From the NCBI GenBank assembly GCA_944385575.1, contig CALWXT010000002.1:15476-79475 (forward strand): DNA of 64,000 nt, given 5' to 3'. The translations under genes and the position numbers were made by a program. Source of the DNA: an uncultured Flavonifractor sp. Its GTDB lineage: Bacteria > Bacillota > Clostridia > Oscillospirales > Oscillospiraceae. Below the pieces are notes generated by a model. That model was not told the DNA's origin. It saw nothing but the letters and a program-made list of their open reading frames with translations, and ran no database searches. Of this stretch, positions 58,998 through 64,000 are shown piece by piece; positions within the stretch are counted from its first letter, which is position 1; each line of letters opens with the position of its first letter.

Positions 58998-59890
58998 TTG
59001 AACTCGAACATTTCCCCACAAGCCAGAGCGCCCAGCGGATGATGTCCCGCATATCTCCCATTTACGGAAAAGCCTATGTCGGGAAATGGCTGTTCCAAGT
59101 GATGGGCATTGAATGGGATGGCGCTTGGTTGAGGTTTAGTGAGCTACGCGATCAGGCTTTTCCGGAGACAACAACTTGGGCCATCGATTACTGGGAGCAG
59201 CGATATGGTATTGTACCAACACCATATGTTACTTTGGAAGAACGACGCCGGGAGGTGATGTATAAGCGAAATATACGAGCGCCAATGAATCCAGCACGAA
59301 TGGAAGCTATTATCCAGACCATGACTGGATTTCCAGCCAGAATTACCGAGAATGTTGCAGATTACACATTCTCGGTAGAAGTTTTTATTGGCAGTCAAAA
59401 CTTCGACTATGATTCAATATTAAAAAAGCTAAAGCGGATTAAGCCAAGCCACCAGGACATGATTATGTCCATGACGTCGGTTACCAAAATAGTCATCCAA
59501 ACCGTCTGGGGATATGTCCTGTACGCCGTCCGCCGGTGCGGTACCTGGCCCCAGGCGGCCACCCGGGGAGGAGTGACCCGGGAGCTGGTGGTAGTGGAGA
59601 CGGGGGACGGTCAGGCGGTTTACACCGTCCCGGCCACCGGGGAGGCCGTCACCGGCACCTGGCCCCAGGCGGCCACCCAGGGAGGACGGGCCGGAGCGGT
59701 GGTGATCGTGGAGGGAATGGACGGGCAGGCGGTCTATACCGCCCCGGCCACCGGGGAGGCCGTCACCGGCACCCACCCTCAGACCGCCACCAAAGGCGGA
59801 GCAGGGGAGGGCGGGCTCACCTTTACGGAGACGGCCGGCGCGGCCGCAGTGACCGCAAGGCCCTGCGGGAGTCCGCTGGGCACATTATAG
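58994..59890 (+). CDS. XkdU/DUF2313 baseplate protein with 38-aa C-terminal repeats
   Basis: TTWAIDYWE..GI..LEERR, KPSH. Confidence 0.8.
   Translation: MIELEHFPTSQSAQRMMSRISPIYGKAYVGKWLFQVMGIEWDGAWLRFSELRDQAFPETTTWAIDYWEQRYGIVPTPYVTLEERRREVMYKRNIRAPMNPARMEAIIQTMTGFPARITENVADYTFSVEVFIGSQNFDYDSILKKLKRIKPSHQDMIMSMTSVTKIVIQTVWGYVLYAVRRCGTWPQAATRGGVTRELVVVETGDGQAVYTVPATGEAVTGTWPQAATQGGRAGAVVIVEGMDGQAVYTAPATGEAVTGTHPQTATKGGAGEGGLTFTETAGAAAVTARPCGSPLGTL
59540..59880 (+). repeat. Three imperfect 114-bp tandem repeats
   Basis: GG(T/C)ACC..CAG..GCCACC units at 59540, 59654 and 59768. Confidence 0.85.
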
Positions 59891-59902
59891 AGGAGGGATA
59901 TC

Positions 59903-60208
59903 ATGCTCACAGACACCGCCCTGGAAAAGTTCAGGGTCTTTGTCAAACGCAACATCTATCGGGCCAGATACCGGGTTGGCTCCACCTGGCGGGAGGCAGC
60001 CATCAATGAGGTGGAGATCCAGTCCGGCGGTACCGTCCGGGCCTGGCTGGCCATCAACCCCGGCGGGGCCGCCACCGTCAACCGGGTGGAGCTGCTGGAC
60101 CCCAACGGGGCCACCTGGGCGTACCAAAATGTCTCCATCTCGGTCACCGCCCAGCAGAGCGGCATCCTGTACTGGTTTGACTTTACCATCAAAGAGGAGG
60201 TGGCTTGA
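59903..60208 (+). CDS. Tail/baseplate-associated protein
   Basis: AGGAGG RBS; beta-rich 101 aa. Confidence 0.7.
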   Translation: MLTDTALEKFRVFVKRNIYRARYRVGSTWREAAINEVEIQSGGTVRAWLAINPGGAATVNRVELLDPNGATWAYQNVSISVTAQQSGILYWFDFTIKEEVA

Positions 60209-60723
60209 TGTACAAGCGTACATACTGGCTGGATCATGTGAGAGTGCCGGACAACACCTATAACGTCAAGGCAAACGGGGACGGAACGTCCACCATTACC
60301 CCCGCTGGGAAAGTGGTTCAGCAGGGGGTATTTCAGGATCAGGCCCATTTTAACAACATGGAGGTTGGTATCTCGGACGTAGACCGGGCCATCCGTGTCC
60401 TGATCGACGGCTATCTGGCCCTCCGCAGGACCCAGGAGCAGCATGGGGCGGAAATCATGGGGGAGACAAAAGAGGTGACCCTGACCAACAGCAAGAGTTA
60501 CCCCTTCAATTCCACGGTTAGCGCCCCCGTCTCGGTGGCATTGACCACTAACCGCAAAAACCTGTACTACTCCATTGAAGCCACCGCCACCAGCGTGGAG
60601 GGCGGCCTGGTGGGGGATATCCATATCACGGACAAGCAGCTTAACGGGTTTAAGGTCAGCTTTGACGGCTCGGCCAAAAGCGTGACCCTGACCCTGAGAA
60701 TCAAGGGAGGAATGGTGGCATGA
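60208..60723 (+). CDS. Tail fibre attachment-like protein
   Basis: YKRTYWLDHV..QQG..FNNME.GI; DKQLNGFKV. Confidence 0.65.
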   Translation: MYKRTYWLDHVRVPDNTYNVKANGDGTSTITPAGKVVQQGVFQDQAHFNNMEVGISDVDRAIRVLIDGYLALRRTQEQHGAEIMGETKEVTLTNSKSYPFNSTVSAPVSVALTTNRKNLYYSIEATATSVEGGLVGDIHITDKQLNGFKVSFDGSAKSVTLTLRIKGGMVA

Positions 60724-61100
60724 GCGCGAAAATCACAGTAGTCGAGATCAATGAGGGAACTAAGATCGCCTGGAAGCAGAGCACCACGAAGTTGACCTTT
60801 GGCGATGATGAGCTGATGGTCAACTGTGCCGCCTATCAGCGGGACTGGCCGGTACATCTGGACATCTGTGGGGACGAGAACGGAAATCTGGTCATCGGCA
60901 CCGGCACCGGCCGGTACTATGTGGCCCAGGTGGACATCCCCGCCCGGGAGTACGCCGAGCCGGAGCCCGTGGAGGCGGTGGCCCTGGCGGAGAGCGACGC
61001 CGGCGCGGACGCCCAGCAGTCCACCGAAGCCGAGCCCGTCCCCCTGGATATGGCAGATGTGACCCTGACCCTGTGGGCCATTGATGGCCTGCGCGAATAA
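60720..61100 (+). CDS. Tail-associated hypothetical protein
   Basis: YYVAQVDIP..PLDM..VTLTLW. Confidence 0.65.
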   Translation: MSAKITVVEINEGTKIAWKQSTTKLTFGDDELMVNCAAYQRDWPVHLDICGDENGNLVIGTGTGRYYVAQVDIPAREYAEPEPVEAVALAESDAGADAQQSTEAEPVPLDMADVTLTLWAIDGLRE

Positions 61101-61116
61101 TTTTGGAGGTGTAATT

Positions 61117-62211
61117 ATGGCAAATTTTGATACCAGCGGCCTGGCTCTGGCCGCTGTCTGCCCCAGCAATAAGATGATTCTGGACGACAAGGGGATGCCC
61201 GGCTTTTATGTCCAGGTAGGTGCCCAGAAGCTCTCTGCCCTCCTCACCGGAGGAGACGACACGGTGCATCCCGCATTCCGGGTCAGCGGCGTGGAGAAGC
61301 CCTATATTTATATCGGCAAGTATCAGGGTGTGGAGGACAACGGCAGGATATACAGCCTGCCCGGGGTGGACCCCAAGGTGAGCATTACCCACGATCAGTA
61401 CATTGACCGCTGCCAGGCCAAGGGATCGGGCCACCACTGCATCACCGCCGCCGAGCGTGCCTTTTTGGCCCTCTGGTGCCGCAAAAACGGCACTATGCCA
61501 AAAGGTAACAACAATTACGGAAAAGATTCATCTGAAGCCTTATACACGGCAATCCCGGCGGCGTATGACGCAGATGGACGGATCGCCCGGCTGCTCACCG
61601 GCACCGGCCCGCTGTCGTGGCGCCATAACGGAGCCTTGGACGGCATCTGCGACCTGAACGGAAACATCTGGGAGTGGGCGCTCGGCATCCGCCTGGTCCA
61701 TGGAGAACTCCAGGTAATCCCCTGGAACAACGCCGCCGACCCGGATGTTGATATGAGTGCCACGTCGGCACAGTGGCAGGCTATAAAGGCTTCGGCATCC
61801 TCGTGGGAAGATCTGTTTATCCCGCCTAACGGTCAGGGCACGACAACCGGCAGTGTAAAGCTGGATTATGTGTCCGAGCACTGGCAGTGGGCCACTACCA
61901 TCACCTCCCAGGAGGACAGCATCCGCAACGCCGTTTTTTATCTCACCACAGCCTCCGGCCTCAGTCCGGCAGCAAAGCTGTTTCTGCAGACCATGGCCCT
62001 CCTGCCGGAGGATGGGCAGGAGGGTGATACCTACGGAGGAGATTATCTTTTCGCCAACAACGCTGCTGAGGCTCGGTATGCGTACTGTGGAGGCGGCTGG
62101 AATAATGGCTCTGGTGCGGGCGTGTTTGCCTTAAATTTCGGCTATGACCGCTCTTATTCGTACTCTAATGTAGGCGGGCGACCCGCCTACGCGGAGCTGG
62201 CAGCGGAATAA
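61117..62211 (+). CDS. Receptor-binding protein, FGE/C-type-lectin fold (Mtd-like DGR target type)
   Basis: HPAF, IGKY, DLNGNIWEW, C-terminal GGGWNNGSGAGVFALN..RS.S.SNVGGRPA. Confidence 0.8.
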   Translation: MANFDTSGLALAAVCPSNKMILDDKGMPGFYVQVGAQKLSALLTGGDDTVHPAFRVSGVEKPYIYIGKYQGVEDNGRIYSLPGVDPKVSITHDQYIDRCQAKGSGHHCITAAERAFLALWCRKNGTMPKGNNNYGKDSSEALYTAIPAAYDADGRIARLLTGTGPLSWRHNGALDGICDLNGNIWEWALGIRLVHGELQVIPWNNAADPDVDMSATSAQWQAIKASASSWEDLFIPPNGQGTTTGSVKLDYVSEHWQWATTITSQEDSIRNAVFYLTTASGLSPAAKLFLQTMALLPEDGQEGDTYGGDYLFANNAAEARYAYCGGGWNNGSGAGVFALNFGYDRSYSYSNVGGRPAYAELAAE

Positions 62212-62223
62212 GAGGTGATGCCG

Positions 62224-62559
62224 GTGACCATTGATTTTTGGACGTTCGCGGCGGCGTTCATCTCCGCTATGGGCGTCCCCAGCACCATCATGGGTCTTAT
62301 TGTCTGGAGGCTGAAAGGCCGCATTGATGAAAGGGACAAGGCCCAGGAGGAACGAAACAAGGCCCAGCAGAAGCTTATGGTGCTCCTCGTCCAGTCCACC
62401 AGGGCCTCTATCGCCCTGGGCGAGGCCACCGCCCACGCCATGCAGCGGGGGCATACCAACGGCGACATGGAGGCCGCGCTGAAATACGCGGCCGATGTGA
62501 AGCATGAGCAGAAGGACTTTTTGGCAGAGCAGGGAATACACAACCTGTTCGACGAGTGA
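62224..62559 (+). CDS. Single-TM coiled-coil lysis-region protein (holin-like)
   Basis: N-terminal TM; ALGEATA..NGDME. Confidence 0.6.
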   Translation: MTIDFWTFAAAFISAMGVPSTIMGLIVWRLKGRIDERDKAQEERNKAQQKLMVLLVQSTRASIALGEATAHAMQRGHTNGDMEAALKYAADVKHEQKDFLAEQGIHNLFDE

Positions 62560-62572
62560 AAGGAGAATTGCT

Positions 62573-62926
62573 ATGACTTTTGACATTACCCCCATCGTTG
62601 AGGCCGTCGTCGCCGTTGTGTGCGCGGTCGTGACCTGCGTCCTCATTCCCTACATCAAGAGCAAGACCACCACCGAGCAGCAGAAGGAAATCAACGCCTG
62701 GGTGAAGATCGCCGTTTCCGCCGCAGAGCAGATTTATACCGGATCCGGCCGCGGCGAGGAGAAGAAAGCCTACGTCCTGGAGTGGCTTCGGTCCCACGGC
62801 GTCACCGTGGACGACGAGAAGCTGGGTGCCATGATCGAGGCGGCAGTCTATGAACTGTCCCAGGGCATTATCCCCCTGGAGGGCGTGGCCGTCGTGGAAG
62901 GCGGTGATACCAATGACGGCGATTGA
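62573..62926 (+). CDS. LL-H family holin
   Basis: TM then WVKIAVSAAEQ..GEEKK..IEAAV. Confidence 0.85.
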   Translation: MTFDITPIVEAVVAVVCAVVTCVLIPYIKSKTTTEQQKEINAWVKIAVSAAEQIYTGSGRGEEKKAYVLEWLRSHGVTVDDEKLGAMIEAAVYELSQGIIPLEGVAVVEGGDTNDGD

Positions 62927-63899
62927 CAGAGTGATCGCAACCGCCCAGACGGAGATCGGCTACATCGAAAAGGAGACCAACTCCCAGCTCGACAGCCCGA
63001 CCGCCAACCCGGGAGACGGCAACTGGAATAAGTACGCCCGCGACTTGGATGCCTTGGACATCGTCTATAACGGCGATAAAAACGGGTACGCCTGGTGCGA
63101 CATCTTTGTGGACTGGTGCTTCATTTATACCTTCGGCCTGGAGCTGGGCATGGCCCTTCTCTGCCAGGCAAAGGAGGGCCTGGGCGCCGGCTGCACCTAC
63201 TCCGCCCGCTACTACAAGGACAAGGGGCAGTTCCACACCAGCAATCCCCAGGCCGGAGATCAGATTTTCTTTACCAACGACGGCGGAAAGACCATGTACC
63301 ACACCGGCCTCGTGGTGAAGGTGTCCGGCACACGGGTCTATACCATCGAGGGCAACACCAGCTCACTCCCTGGCGTAGTAGCCAACGGCGGGTGTGTCCG
63401 GGATAAGAGCTACCCCCTGGGGGCCAGCTATATCGGCGGCTACGGCAGGCCCGACTATTCCCTTGTCCCAGACAGCGGGGAGCCCAGCACCCCGAGCGAG
63501 GCGACCGGCGGTAGCTACACCGTGGTGGCAGGCGATACCCTCTCCGTAATCGGCAGCCGGCTCGGCGTGTCCTGGCAGGACATCGCCCAAGCCAACGGGA
63601 TCACCGCCCCGTACACCATCTACCCCGGACAAATTCTTGTAATTCCTATGGAGGAGGACGACGAAATGAGCTATGAGCAGTTCAAGCAGTACATGAGCCA
63701 GTACCGGAAGGAGCTCCAGGACAACGATAAGGGCGACTGGAGCAAGGAGGCCCGGGAATGGGCCGTCAAGGTCGGCCTGTTCGCTGGTAACGGCACCGAC
63801 ATCAACGGGGAGCCCAACTATATGTGGCAGGACTTTCTCACCCGTGAGCAGGCCGCACAGATCTTCTATCGCTTCGCCCTGGATCATGGACTGGTATGA
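62913..63899 (+). CDS. Endolysin: CHAP + LysM + SLH-like
   Basis: WCDIFVDW, HTGLV, TIEGNT; YTVVAGDTL..IYPGQ; WA..GLF.G..TREQ. Confidence 0.9.
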   Translation: MTAIDRVIATAQTEIGYIEKETNSQLDSPTANPGDGNWNKYARDLDALDIVYNGDKNGYAWCDIFVDWCFIYTFGLELGMALLCQAKEGLGAGCTYSARYYKDKGQFHTSNPQAGDQIFFTNDGGKTMYHTGLVVKVSGTRVYTIEGNTSSLPGVVANGGCVRDKSYPLGASYIGGYGRPDYSLVPDSGEPSTPSEATGGSYTVVAGDTLSVIGSRLGVSWQDIAQANGITAPYTIYPGQILVIPMEEDDEMSYEQFKQYMSQYRKELQDNDKGDWSKEAREWAVKVGLFAGNGTDINGEPNYMWQDFLTREQAAQIFYRFALDHGLV

Positions 63900-64000
63900 G
63901 CGGCATGGAAAAAATGCTTCTGTTGCTGACAGGGCTTCTCCTCGTCCTGATCGGCATGGCTATTGCTGGGAACCACCGAGCCCCGTCCCGGAGACGGAAA
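63896..64000 (+). CDS. Membrane protein, 5' part (truncated by window)
   Basis: ATGA overlap with endolysin stop; hydrophobic N-terminus. Confidence 0.5.
   Translation, partial: MSGMEKMLLLLTGLLLVLIGMAIAGNHRAPSRRRK

Larger units (their letters stand above)
12460..64000. mobile_element. Temperate contractile-tailed prophage integrated at the guaA 3' end; extends beyond the window
   Basis: Integrase directly after guaA followed by a collinear lysogeny-replication-packaging-head-sheathed tail-lysis gene order; left boundary approximate and attR not visible. Confidence 0.95.

Overview
GC-rich Firmicutes (Clostridia, probably Oscillospiraceae-like; an inference from gene content) chromosome. Bases 1-12479 are host genes: plsY-like end, greA, DUF4363/DUF421, a metallophosphoesterase, an SLH/Ig surface protein, carAB, two tandem lipoproteins and guaA. 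From the 3' end of guaA to the window end lies an apparently intact temperate myovirus-type prophage: tyrosine integrase, cI/cro switch, recombination and replication genes, late activator, ParB-methylase, terminase, portal, head, contractile tail, receptor-binding protein and lysis genes. Its right end (attR) is outside the window. Most notable: (1) a 1139-aa MuF head protein carrying a HipA/PI3K-like kinase, a Rho-N-like module and a DarT-like ADP-ribosyltransferase-type C-terminus, followed by a coupled candidate immunity gene; (2) a non-coding iteron, DnaA-box and 5-nt-periodic block between antirepressor and portal that looks like a replication origin detached from the initiator gene; (3) a P22 immI-like cassette (membrane moron, RHH repressor, predicted antisense RNA, BRO antirepressor) between terL and portal; (4) a DGR-type variable-region target gene with no RT/TR cassette in view. 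All family calls come from motif recognition by eye; no database searches were run.
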